This document shows positions 40,555-49,478 of a DNA stretch of 64,000 bases, piece by piece. The DNA lies in the IMG/VR virus record IMGVR_UViG_3300045988_061855, one strand, 5' to 3'. The notes below the pieces were generated by a model, which worked only from the letters and a program-made list of their open reading frames with translations, was not told the DNA's origin and did no database searches. Source of the DNA: a virus. A program made the position numbers and the translations under genes. How positions within the stretch are numbered: position 1 is the stretch's first letter; each line of letters opens with the position of its first letter.

Positions 40555-42318
40555 ATGGCGTTATCGAATACAGCCACACCGATTTATTATGGCAGGTTTC
40601 GAGATGCCGTAATTAGAGGCGAAATACCAGTATGCGAGGAAATTTCTATGGAGATGAATCGTATAGATGCTCTTATAGCAAATCCTGGTGTATGGTATGA
40701 CGATAAAGCGGTAAATGGCTTTATAAAATATTGTGAGAGTGAACTTACATTAACCAATGGCGATGATTTATTTCTTCTCGATTCATTTAAGCTGTGGGCT
40801 GAGGAAATTTTTGGTTGGTATTATTATATAGAACGAAGTATTTATGTACCAGACAAAGATAATCATGGCGGACATTACGAGAAGAAAATCATAAGAAAAA
40901 GGCTCATAAATAAGCAGTATTTAATCGTTGCCAGAGGTGCAGCTAAGTCAATGTATGCGTCGTGCATACAAAATTATTTCTTGAATGTAGATACATCTAC
41001 ATCTCATCAGATAACAACAGCCCCAACAATGGCTCAGGCAGAAGAGGTTATGTCACCTTTTAGAACAGCCATAACAAGAGCCAGAGGTCCATTATATCAA
41101 TTCTTAACAGAAGGCTCATTGCAGAACACGACAGGCTCAAAGGCTAATCGTGTAAAGTTGGCAAGTACCAAGAAAGGAATACAGAATTTCCTCACAGGTT
41201 CGTTATTAGAAGTAAGACCTATGTCAATAGATAAATTGCAGGGATTACGAGTTAAAGTAGCTACCGTCGATGAATGGCTCTCCGGCGATGTTAGAGAAGA
41301 TGTTGTTGAGACACTTGAACAGGGAGCTGCAAAGGAACAGGGTGGCGGACAGAATGACGATTATTTGATAGTCGCCATTAGTTCTGAAGGTACTGTTCGT
41401 AATGGTTCTGGCGATACAATCAAAATGGAGCTAATGAAAATCCTTAAGGGAGAACATAATGCTCCTCATACATCTATTTTCTGGTACAAGCTCGACAGCA
41501 TTGATGAAGTAGGTGACCCGTCTAAGTGGCCCAAAGCCAATCCTAATCTGGATAAGACTGTCACATATGAGACATATCAAGAAGCGGTCGAAACAGCTGA
41601 AAAAAATCCTGCTAAGAGAAACGATATACTTGCAAAGCGATTCGGACTTCCGATGGAAGGTTATACATATTACTTTACATATGAAGAAACTCTTCCACAT
41701 AGAAAGAAAGAATTTTGGCAGATGCCTTGTGCGTTGGGAGCAGACCTTTCTCAAGGCGACGATTTCTGTGCTTTTACATTTCTATTTCCGTTATCCAGCG
41801 GTTCATTCGGAGTTAAAACCCGTAACTATATAACAGAATTAACATTAAAAAAACTACCTTTGGCTCTTAGGAATAAATATGAAGAGTTCATTAATGAAGG
41901 TAGTCTTATTGTTATGCCTGGAAATATCTTAGACATGATGCAGGTTTATGATGATTTGGATGAATTCATAATTCGAACCGCTTATGACGTAAGATGCTTC
42001 GGTTATGACCCATATAATGCTAAAGAGTTTGTGGAACGATGGGAACGAGAAAATGGAGCATACGGAATAGAAAAAGTTATACAGGGGGCTAAGACTGAAT
42101 CTGTACCGTTAGGAGAGTTAAAGAAATTAGCTGAAGAAAGAATGTTGTTGTTCGACGAGGGGTTGATGACATTCACAATGGGAAATTGTATCACCATCGA
42201 AGATACCAATGGTAATCGTAAATTATATAAAAACAGATATGATGCCAAGATTGACGCTGTGGCTGCAATGATGGATGCATTTGTAGCATATAAGCACAAT
42301 CGTGAGGCTTTTGAGTAG
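40555..42318 (+). CDS. terL: Terminase large subunit
   Basis: Walker A-like ARGAAKS, Walker B VATVDEW, nuclease-half acidic motifs (GADLSQGDD, KIDAVAAMMDA); 587 aa, immediately before the portal. Confidence 0.9.
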   Translation: MALSNTATPIYYGRFRDAVIRGEIPVCEEISMEMNRIDALIANPGVWYDDKAVNGFIKYCESELTLTNGDDLFLLDSFKLWAEEIFGWYYYIERSIYVPDKDNHGGHYEKKIIRKRLINKQYLIVARGAAKSMYASCIQNYFLNVDTSTSHQITTAPTMAQAEEVMSPFRTAITRARGPLYQFLTEGSLQNTTGSKANRVKLASTKKGIQNFLTGSLLEVRPMSIDKLQGLRVKVATVDEWLSGDVREDVVETLEQGAAKEQGGGQNDDYLIVAISSEGTVRNGSGDTIKMELMKILKGEHNAPHTSIFWYKLDSIDEVGDPSKWPKANPNLDKTVTYETYQEAVETAEKNPAKRNDILAKRFGLPMEGYTYYFTYEETLPHRKKEFWQMPCALGADLSQGDDFCAFTFLFPLSSGSFGVKTRNYITELTLKKLPLALRNKYEEFINEGSLIVMPGNILDMMQVYDDLDEFIIRTAYDVRCFGYDPYNAKEFVERWERENGAYGIEKVIQGAKTESVPLGELKKLAEERMLLFDEGLMTFTMGNCITIEDTNGNRKLYKNRYDAKIDAVAAMMDAFVAYKHNREAFE

Positions 42319-42330
42319 GAGACAAATTAA

Positions 42331-43584
42331 ATGGAGTTATCTATTACTGATAGAATGAAGCACGCATTTAATGCGTTTATGAATCGAGACCCTACAGCTT
42401 ATTATAATAGGAATCTTGGTTCTAGTTATTCCATACGACCCGACCGACCGAGATTAAGTCGTGGAAATGAGCGTTCAATTATTACTGCAATATTCAATCG
42501 AATAGCGATGGATGTGGCAGCAATAGATATAACACATTGCAGATTGGATGAGAACAATCGATTCATAGAAAAAATCGATTCCGGACTCAACAATTGTTTG
42601 AATCTGGAAGCAAATGTAGACCAGAGTGGACGAGCATTTATACAGGATGCAGTTATGTCTATGTTAGATGAGGGTGTGGTTGCGCTTGTTCCAGTTGACA
42701 CTGATTTGAATCCAGCAAGCACTGATTCATATGACATACTTACAATGAGAACTGGAAAGATTCTTGAATGGTATCCAGCACATGTCAAAGTAAGGCTTTA
42801 CAATGACCGTACTGGAGAGAAAGAAGACCTTATGCTGGCTAAGCGAGACGTGGCAATTATTGAAAATCCATTATTTGCCATAGTCAATGAGCCTAATTCA
42901 ACGATGCAGCGACTTATGAGAAAATTAAGTTTACTAGATGTGACAGATGAACAAACGGCATCAGGAAAGCTGGATTTAATCATTCAGTTGCCGTATGTAG
43001 TCAAGTCAGAGGCTAGGCGTGAACAGGCTAATCAGCGTCGAAAAGATATAGAACAACAGTTGGCAGAAGGTAAATATGGAATTGCATATACCGATGGTAC
43101 CGAGAAAATCACTCAGCTTAACCGTTCAGTAGAAAACAATCTCATGAAACAAGTCGAATACCTGACTAATATGGTATACAGTCAAATAGGCATTACCCAG
43201 TCAGTTTTAGACGGAACTGCTGATGAAAAAACAATGCTTAACTATAACAACCGAACAGTCGAACCGATTGTATCGGCTATCGTTGATGAGCTGAAGCGTA
43301 AGTTCCTTACAAAAACAGCTCGTACTCAGCTGCAATCAATATCGTTCTTTAGAGACCCATTTAAACTGGTTCCAGTAAACGATATTGCTGAAATCGCAGA
43401 TAAATTCACTAGAAATGAAATCATGACTTCAAATGAAATTCGCCAGATTGTTGGAATGAAGCCTTCTAATGACCCTAAGGCGGACCAGCTTATTAATAGT
43501 AACATTAGTCAGGCTAAAGAAGATAATGTTCCTAGTGAGGGAAATGAAGAATATGGAGAAGGAGGAAAAAGTCAAAATGAGTAA
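42331..43584 (+). CDS. Portal protein
   Basis: 417 aa, located between TerL and the capsid protease; acidic C-terminal tail. Confidence 0.75.
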   Translation: MELSITDRMKHAFNAFMNRDPTAYYNRNLGSSYSIRPDRPRLSRGNERSIITAIFNRIAMDVAAIDITHCRLDENNRFIEKIDSGLNNCLNLEANVDQSGRAFIQDAVMSMLDEGVVALVPVDTDLNPASTDSYDILTMRTGKILEWYPAHVKVRLYNDRTGEKEDLMLAKRDVAIIENPLFAIVNEPNSTMQRLMRKLSLLDVTDEQTASGKLDLIIQLPYVVKSEARREQANQRRKDIEQQLAEGKYGIAYTDGTEKITQLNRSVENNLMKQVEYLTNMVYSQIGITQSVLDGTADEKTMLNYNNRTVEPIVSAIVDELKRKFLTKTARTQLQSISFFRDPFKLVPVNDIAEIADKFTRNEIMTSNEIRQIVGMKPSNDPKADQLINSNISQAKEDNVPSEGNEEYGEGGKSQNE

Positions 43585-45376
43585 CTACGATTTTAGTGGC
43601 TATGCTACTAGAAATGACTTGCTGTGTCAGGATGGTCGAACAATACGACAGAATGCATTCGTTGATAACGATGGCTGTGAGGTTCCGCTTGTGTGGAACC
43701 ATGAACACAATGACCCTAATGCTGTATTAGGACATGCGGTATTGGAAAATCGTAAAGATGGTGTTTATGCATACGGTATGTTCAATGATACTGAACAGGG
43801 GCAGATGGCGAAGAAACTGGTTCAGAAAGGCGATGTTAAATCATTGTCGATATGGGCAAATCAGTTAAAGCAGATAGGTAATGATGTAATCCACGGAAAC
43901 ATCAGGGAACTCAGTCTTGTATTGGCTGGAGCGAACCCAGGTGCGTACGTGGATTTTGTTATGGCTCACAGTGTTGATGAAGAGGATACATTATACGCTT
44001 CGTATGATGAGAATATCATGCTTTATCACTCGGCTGATGAGTCAGAGAAAAAGGAGGACAAGCAGGAAATGGCAGACAACGCAAAGTCACAGGAAGACAA
44101 CAGCGATGATAAGACTGTTGAAGATGTAATCAACACAATGAATGAAGAACAGAAGAATGTTCTTTATACACTTATTGGAATGGCTCGAGAAGATGGAGCT
44201 GATGATGAAGATGAAAAAGGAGGAAATGGAAACATGAAACATAATGTTTTCGACAATGAAGGTGATACAAGGCAGTCTAATGTTCTTAGTCACTCAGATG
44301 AGCAGCAGATTATTTCACTTGCTAAGCAGACAGGTGTTGGAAGTCTTAAAGCTGCTATGGAAATCTTTGCAGAAGAGAGCGGTACATTAGCTCATGGTGT
44401 GTTTGGAGATGAAACAGAGAAGTTATTCCCAGAATATGAGCTTCTTAAGAAGGGTGAGCCAGAAACACTCGAGAGAGATCAGAGCTGGATTGGACATGTA
44501 ATTTCTGGTATTCATAAGAGTCCAATTAGTAGAATCAGAACAAGACAGGCTGATGCTCGTATTGCTGAACTCAGAGCCAAGGGATATCAGAAGAAGGGTT
44601 CTTATAAGCAGGAAATGGCCGACATCAAGCTTATTGGAAGAACAACCGATCCACAGACAATATTTATCAAAGCAGATATGCACAGAGATGATATTACTGA
44701 TATCGTAGATTTTGATGTTGTAGGATATCAGTGGAGACTCATGAGACATATTCTTCTTGAGGAACTTGCTATTGCTGCTTTAATTGGCGATAGTAGAGAT
44801 GAGGCTGACCCAGATAAAATTCATGAAGAGCATATTCGTTCTATTTGGAATGATGACGACCTTTATTGTATTCATCAGTCAATCGATTATGAAAAGATGA
44901 AGACGAAGCTCAATGGTACTAATACTGGGGCTAACTTCGGAGAAGAATACATTAAGGCTGAAGCAACAATTGCCGCAGCACTTTATGCAAGAGAAAAGTA
45001 TAAGGGTTCGGGTAGCCTTGATTACTACTGCACACCACATGCACTTAATGTTATGTTACTCGCTAGAGATCTTAACGGTAGAAGAATCTACTCTTCAAAG
45101 GCTGACCTTGCAGCAGCACTTAATGTAGAAAATATCTACACCGTAGAGCAGTTTGAGGGAAAGACAAGAGAAGTAACTTCAGGCGGAACTAAGAAGCTTG
45201 TAGGTCTCTTTGTTAATCTTGGAGACTATCAGTTTGGTTCCACAAAGGGTGGTGAAATCACAAAGTTTGACGACTTTGATATGGATTTCAATAGATACAA
45301 GTATATGCTTGAAACAAGACTCTCAGGTTCATTAACAAAGCTGTATTCAGCTATTGCGCTTGAAGAAGATGCCTAA
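43577..45376 (+). CDS. Prohead protease - major capsid protein fusion
   Basis: ATG 43577 behind GGAGAAGGAGG. N-terminal HK97-type protease pattern (PLVWNHEHN..GHA, VKSLSIWAN), an acidic linker, and a C-terminal ~330-aa capsid-like domain. Confidence 0.8.
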   Translation: MSNYDFSGYATRNDLLCQDGRTIRQNAFVDNDGCEVPLVWNHEHNDPNAVLGHAVLENRKDGVYAYGMFNDTEQGQMAKKLVQKGDVKSLSIWANQLKQIGNDVIHGNIRELSLVLAGANPGAYVDFVMAHSVDEEDTLYASYDENIMLYHSADESEKKEDKQEMADNAKSQEDNSDDKTVEDVINTMNEEQKNVLYTLIGMAREDGADDEDEKGGNGNMKHNVFDNEGDTRQSNVLSHSDEQQIISLAKQTGVGSLKAAMEIFAEESGTLAHGVFGDETEKLFPEYELLKKGEPETLERDQSWIGHVISGIHKSPISRIRTRQADARIAELRAKGYQKKGSYKQEMADIKLIGRTTDPQTIFIKADMHRDDITDIVDFDVVGYQWRLMRHILLEELAIAALIGDSRDEADPDKIHEEHIRSIWNDDDLYCIHQSIDYEKMKTKLNGTNTGANFGEEYIKAEATIAAALYAREKYKGSGSLDYYCTPHALNVMLLARDLNGRRIYSSKADLAAALNVENIYTVEQFEGKTREVTSGGTKKLVGLFVNLGDYQFGSTKGGEITKFDDFDMDFNRYKYMLETRLSGSLTKLYSAIALEEDA

Positions 45377-45409
45377 TAAGTCTAAAAAAGTAAATAAGTA
45401 GGAGGAAGA

Positions 45410-45694
45410 ATGATGGATAGAGTATTTCACCATGATGACAGCATGTATGTTGCTGTAAATAAGGTCTATACAAAGGCTGACGGAGTTGCTTATTCGGATG
45501 CAGAGTGCAAGGTATCAATCGATGCTGAAACTCTTGAAAAGCTGTTCTTAGAAGGAATGGTTGTAGTAGTTGATGGCGCTTCTTATAAGCCAATCAGCTG
45601 CAAAGTTGCATCAAAGGTAGCAACAGTTACATATGTAACAGCTGACAGTTCTGCGGCTACAACAGCTAAGCTCGCAACAGTTAAGTCTAAGTAG
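45410..45694 (+). CDS. Small head-module protein, 94 aa
   Basis: TAGGAGGAAG RBS; Ala/Thr/Val-rich C-terminus. Confidence 0.6.
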   Translation: MMDRVFHHDDSMYVAVNKVYTKADGVAYSDAECKVSIDAETLEKLFLEGMVVVVDGASYKPISCKVASKVATVTYVTADSSAATTAKLATVKSK

Positions 45695-45709
45695 TCGGAG
45701 GATAAAAAG

Positions 45710-46036
45710 ATGAGTAAATGGACTGGAAAGGTTGGATTTGCAGTTAACGGTGAAGTTGAGCCTGGATTATGGGTAGATGAAGTAGTTGAGAAAGTGTATA
45801 AAGGCGAACTGCTTAGTGATAGATGGAGACGACAGAATTCCATTGGAATTAATGACAACATCAACTTATTGAATTCCATAAGCATAATTGCAAATCCATA
45901 TGCTTTTGAGCATTGCTCATCGATTGCTTATGTTGAAATCAAGGGGGAGAAATGGAAAGTAACTGATATAGATGCTTCCACTCCTCCTAGATTAATACTG
46001 ACTGTAGGGGGTGTATACAATGGCGAGCAGGCTTGA
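45710..46036 (+). CDS. Head-tail joining module protein, 108 aa
   Basis: Call rests on position and size. Confidence 0.6.
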   Translation: MSKWTGKVGFAVNGEVEPGLWVDEVVEKVYKGELLSDRWRRQNSIGINDNINLLNSISIIANPYAFEHCSSIAYVEIKGEKWKVTDIDASTPPRLILTVGGVYNGEQA

Positions 46037-46325
46037 ATTGCAGACAAAACTTGAAGAGTTATTGGGAACTAGGCATGTGTATTATCAATCCCCCGCCTCA
46101 GTCAAAATGGAGTATCCAGCTATAGTGTATTCACTGAACAACAGAGATATAAGAAAAGCGGATAACTCAGTATATACAGCAAACACAAGATATACAGTCA
46201 CGGTAATTGATAAACGACCAGATAATTCAGTAATCGATAAGTTACTAGGATTACAGTATTGCTCATATGACAGGCAGTATATAGCTGACAACCTTTACCA
46301 TGACGTATTAACACTATATTTTTAA
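46020..46325 (+). CDS. Head-tail joining / tail completion-like protein, 101 aa
   Basis: ATG 46020. ...LGTRHVYYQSPASVKMEYPAIVYSL... resembles the DUF3168-type pattern; tentative. Confidence 0.6.
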   Translation: MASRLELQTKLEELLGTRHVYYQSPASVKMEYPAIVYSLNNRDIRKADNSVYTANTRYTVTVIDKRPDNSVIDKLLGLQYCSYDRQYIADNLYHDVLTLYF

Positions 46326-46338
46326 TGGAGGAATATAA

Positions 46339-47001
46339 ATGGCTAAGTTAAAGTGGGACGTTTCTGGGGAACGTTCGTATGAAACAGGTATTAGCAATGG
46401 CGTATTATATGTTCAGGATGAGAACGGAAAGTATCCAAAGGGTGTTGTTTGGGACGGTTTAATATCAGTTACAGAGAGTCCATCCGGAGCTGAACCAACA
46501 GCATTATACGCTGATAATATTAAGTATCTTAACCTCTTATCTACAGAGGAGTTTAGTGCGACAATTGAAGCTTATAAGTCACCAGCTGAGTTCGATGAGT
46601 GTGATGGTTCAAAGGCTGTTGCTGAAGGCGTTACTTTTGGTCAGCAGGATAGAAAGCAGTTTGGATTTGCTTATAAGACTATTCTTGGTAACGATATTGA
46701 TAAGAATAACCATGGATATAAGTTACATCTTATATATGGAGCATTGGCTGCACCATCAGAGAAACCCTACAACACAGTTAATGATAGTCCAGAGGCTATT
46801 ACATTATCATGGGAGGTTTCAACAACTCCTGTTGAGGTTGAAGGTTTTAAGCCAACAGCAACAGTTACTATTGACAGTACAAAGGTTGACGCTCAGAAGC
46901 TTAAGAAGCTTGAAGACATTCTCTTCGGTGCAGATGCTGGAGATGGTCCAAGACTTCCGCTTCCTGATGAAATAGTAACTCTCATGAAAGCAGCAGAATA
47001 A
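46339..47001 (+). CDS. Major tail (tube) protein
   Basis: 220 aa, located immediately before the chaperone-like genes and the tape measure. Confidence 0.7.
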   Translation: MAKLKWDVSGERSYETGISNGVLYVQDENGKYPKGVVWDGLISVTESPSGAEPTALYADNIKYLNLLSTEEFSATIEAYKSPAEFDECDGSKAVAEGVTFGQQDRKQFGFAYKTILGNDIDKNNHGYKLHLIYGALAAPSEKPYNTVNDSPEAITLSWEVSTTPVEVEGFKPTATVTIDSTKVDAQKLKKLEDILFGADAGDGPRLPLPDEIVTLMKAAE

Positions 47002-47023
47002 TAAGAATATTATGATCATTTTT

Positions 47024-47057
47024 GACTCCGCTTGAAATATAGCGGGGTCTTTTTTTA
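47024..47057 (+). terminator. Hairpin plus T-run after the tail tube gene
   Basis: GACTCCGCT pairs with AGCGGGGTC, then TTTTTTTATTT. Confidence 0.65.
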
Positions 47058-47079
47058 TTTAGGAAGGAGAATTTACGAT

Positions 47080-47493
47080 ATGTTAAAGATTACAAAAACA
47101 TATGAAGATTGGAATGATACAGAAAGAACCGAGGACTTTTATTTTAATCTTACTGAGGCCGAGATTACAGAGCTTCAGATTGGTACAGTTGGCGGATTCG
47201 CAGAAACAATTGAGAAGATAGTTAATGCAAAGGACCAGTCTGAACTTATTAAGATTTTCAAGGAACTTGTTCTTATGGCATACGGTAAGAAATCAGCAGA
47301 TGGTAAGAGATTTATGAAAGATGATGATACCAAGAAGGAATTTGTGGAGAATCCAGCTTATTCTATTATCTTCATGGAACTGGTATCAGATGCAGAAAAG
47401 GCTGCTGAATTTATTAACGGCATTATGCCAAAGAGTATTGATAAAGCCGAACTCCAGAAGAAAACTAATGAGTTAATGGCTAAGTATAACTAA
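47080..47493 (+). CDS. Tail assembly chaperone-like protein
   Basis: ATG behind GGAAGGAGA; acidic, 137 aa, in the canonical position. Confidence 0.6.
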   Translation: MLKITKTYEDWNDTERTEDFYFNLTEAEITELQIGTVGGFAETIEKIVNAKDQSELIKIFKELVLMAYGKKSADGKRFMKDDDTKKEFVENPAYSIIFMELVSDAEKAAEFINGIMPKSIDKAELQKKTNELMAKYN

Positions 47494-47516
47494 GAAAAAT
47501 CAGGGAGGTAAGAGAT

Positions 47517-48068
47517 ATGCTTCAGATAGTTGTTCCACCACCTTTATTAGAAGAATGGGATGAGTTGAGGGAAGAATTTGTATATCACGAATCTGGTAAG
47601 CCGTATGTGCTACAACTTGAACATTCTCTTATCTCACTTTCAAAATGGGAAGAAAAGCATTGTAAGCCATTCATATCATCAGAGAAAAACGAAGAAGAGA
47701 ATCTGGATTACATCCGATGTATGACACTTACACCGCATGTTCCTGATGAAATATATGACCGCTTAACAAAAGAAAATATAAAAGAAATTTTAGACTACAT
47801 TGAAGCTCCGATGACTGCCACTACTTTTTCAGATAGAGGACCTAAAACCCCTAGCCGAGAAAAAGTGACCGCGGAGCTTATTTATTATTGGATGATTAAA
47901 TGTCAGATACCTATTGAGTTTCAGAAATGGCATCTCAATAAGTTAATAACATTAATACGGGTTTGTGAAGTAAAAGATTCACCGCCTAAGAAGCATAGTC
48001 AACGGGAATTACTTAATCATCATGCTGCTGTAAATGCAGCAAGACGAAAAGCACACACGAAAGGATGA
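47517..48068 (+). CDS. Second tail assembly-like protein
   Basis: Has its own GGGAGG RBS, 23 nt after the previous stop. No slippery site seen. Confidence 0.55.
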   Translation: MLQIVVPPPLLEEWDELREEFVYHESGKPYVLQLEHSLISLSKWEEKHCKPFISSEKNEEENLDYIRCMTLTPHVPDEIYDRLTKENIKEILDYIEAPMTATTFSDRGPKTPSREKVTAELIYYWMIKCQIPIEFQKWHLNKLITLIRVCEVKDSPPKKHSQRELLNHHAAVNAARRKAHTKG

Positions 48069-48073
48069 TTATT

Positions 48074-49087
48074 ATGGAATTTTATGGAATTGATGTATCA
48101 CATTATCAGGGAAATATAGATTGGAACGCAGTAGCTAAGACTGGTATTAATTTTGCATTTGTAAAAGCTGGTGGTTCAGAAGATGGAATCTATACAGAAT
48201 CAATGTTTGAAAAGAATTATGCCGGAGCTAAGGCAGCCGGATTAAATGTAGGAGCCTATTATTTTCCAGGTTCTAATTTTACATCAGAAGAAGCAGGAAT
48301 CGCCGATGCTAGACGTTTCTTGGATATCATCGCTGGTAAGACATTTGAAATGCCTGTAGCTCTTGATTTGGAAGGCACTAAACCGGAAGATAAAGATGGA
48401 GCTACCATAGCTACCATAGCATTTTGCAAGATTATGGAAGCTGCTGGCTATTATGTAATGATTTATGGCGGCGACATATTCAGCTTCAACGATCGTTTAA
48501 ATCTTGGTGAATTAGACGAATTCGATAAGTGGGTTGCCAGATATGGCTCAGAACCACAGTATGTAAAGGAATATGGAATTTGGCAGTATTCATCAACTGA
48601 TTATGTTGACGGTATTACAGAAAATACAGTTGATAAGGATGTAGCATATAAGAACTATCCAGAAATTATCAAGAATGCTGGACTTAATGGTTTTTCATCA
48701 GATGCTGTAGATGAACCAGAAAATGAGACTCCAGATGAACCTGCTATTGAAGAGCCAGAAGAATCGTCAGATGAACCAGTCACTTATGTAATACAGTCTG
48801 GTGACACATTATCTGAAATCGCTGCAAGATACAATACAACGGTAGATGAACTGGTTGAATTAAATGGAATTGATAACCCGGATTTAATTTATCCTGGAAA
48901 TGAAATCACTGTTAAGGCAGGTTCTTCGAGGGATGATGACTGTGATGTAGCATATCAGGTTAGACCTGGTGACACATTATCTGAAATTGCTGCAAGATAC
49001 AATACAACAGTTGGGAGATTAGTAGAGGTTAATGGAATTGATAACCCGGATTTAATTTATCCTGACACTATATTAAAAATTAAATAA
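48074..49087 (+). CDS. Endolysin: GH25 muramidase + two LysM domains
   Basis: FYGIDVSHYQGNIDWNAVAKTGINFAFVKA (GH25). Two copies of GDTLSEIAARYNTTV..L.E.NGIDNPDLIYP (LysM). ATG 48074 preferred over 48065 on RBS spacing. Confidence 0.9.
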   Translation: MEFYGIDVSHYQGNIDWNAVAKTGINFAFVKAGGSEDGIYTESMFEKNYAGAKAAGLNVGAYYFPGSNFTSEEAGIADARRFLDIIAGKTFEMPVALDLEGTKPEDKDGATIATIAFCKIMEAAGYYVMIYGGDIFSFNDRLNLGELDEFDKWVARYGSEPQYVKEYGIWQYSSTDYVDGITENTVDKDVAYKNYPEIIKNAGLNGFSSDAVDEPENETPDEPAIEEPEESSDEPVTYVIQSGDTLSEIAARYNTTVDELVELNGIDNPDLIYPGNEITVKAGSSRDDDCDVAYQVRPGDTLSEIAARYNTTVGRLVEVNGIDNPDLIYPDTILKIK

Positions 49088-49100
49088 TAAAGGTATAACT

Positions 49101-49478
49101 ATGATTAGCTTCAGACAAAAGGGCGACTTTTCGAAGTTGAATAAATACTTTGAAAGGGTTAGAGAGGCTGCTCGAATCGGCGTATTAGACAAGTATGGTC
49201 GAGAGGGAGTGGCAGCCCTTGCGTCTGCTACACCTATAGACACAGGAGTAACCGCCAATTCGTGGTATTACGAGATAAATCGTCAAAATGGAAGTGTTTC
49301 AATCGAGTTTAAAAATTCGAATATAAACAATGGTGTTCCTATAGCAATAATTTTGCAATATGGACATGCCACTGGAAACGGAGGCTGGGTTCAGGGTCGA
49401 GATTATATTAATCCTGCTATCCAGCCTATTTTTGACGCAATCGCAGATAACGCTTGGAGGGAGGTTACTAAAGCATGA
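49101..49478 (+). CDS. HK97 gp10-family protein
   Basis: ...LASATPIDTGVTANSWYYEI... fits the gp10-family pattern. Confidence 0.75.
   Translation: MISFRQKGDFSKLNKYFERVREAARIGVLDKYGREGVAALASATPIDTGVTANSWYYEINRQNGSVSIEFKNSNINNGVPIAIILQYGHATGNGGWVQGRDYINPAIQPIFDAIADNAWREVTKA

Noticed and set aside
43469-43576. Upstream start for the capsid fusion ORF overlapping the portal gene by 116 nt
   Set aside because: ATG 43577 has a GGAGAAGGAGG RBS, and the protease homology begins there.
46556-46975. Alternative-frame + strand ORFs nested in real genes (46556..46975, 3617..3820, 13539..13772, 41513..41833, 56224..56490 and others)
   Set aside because: They are nested out of frame within longer, motif-supported genes, and lack RBSs.
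47493-47517. A G/GT-type -1 frameshift between the two tail chaperone-like ORFs
   Set aside because: The ORFs are separated by 23 nt with an independent GGGAGG RBS. There is no overlap and no slippery heptamer.
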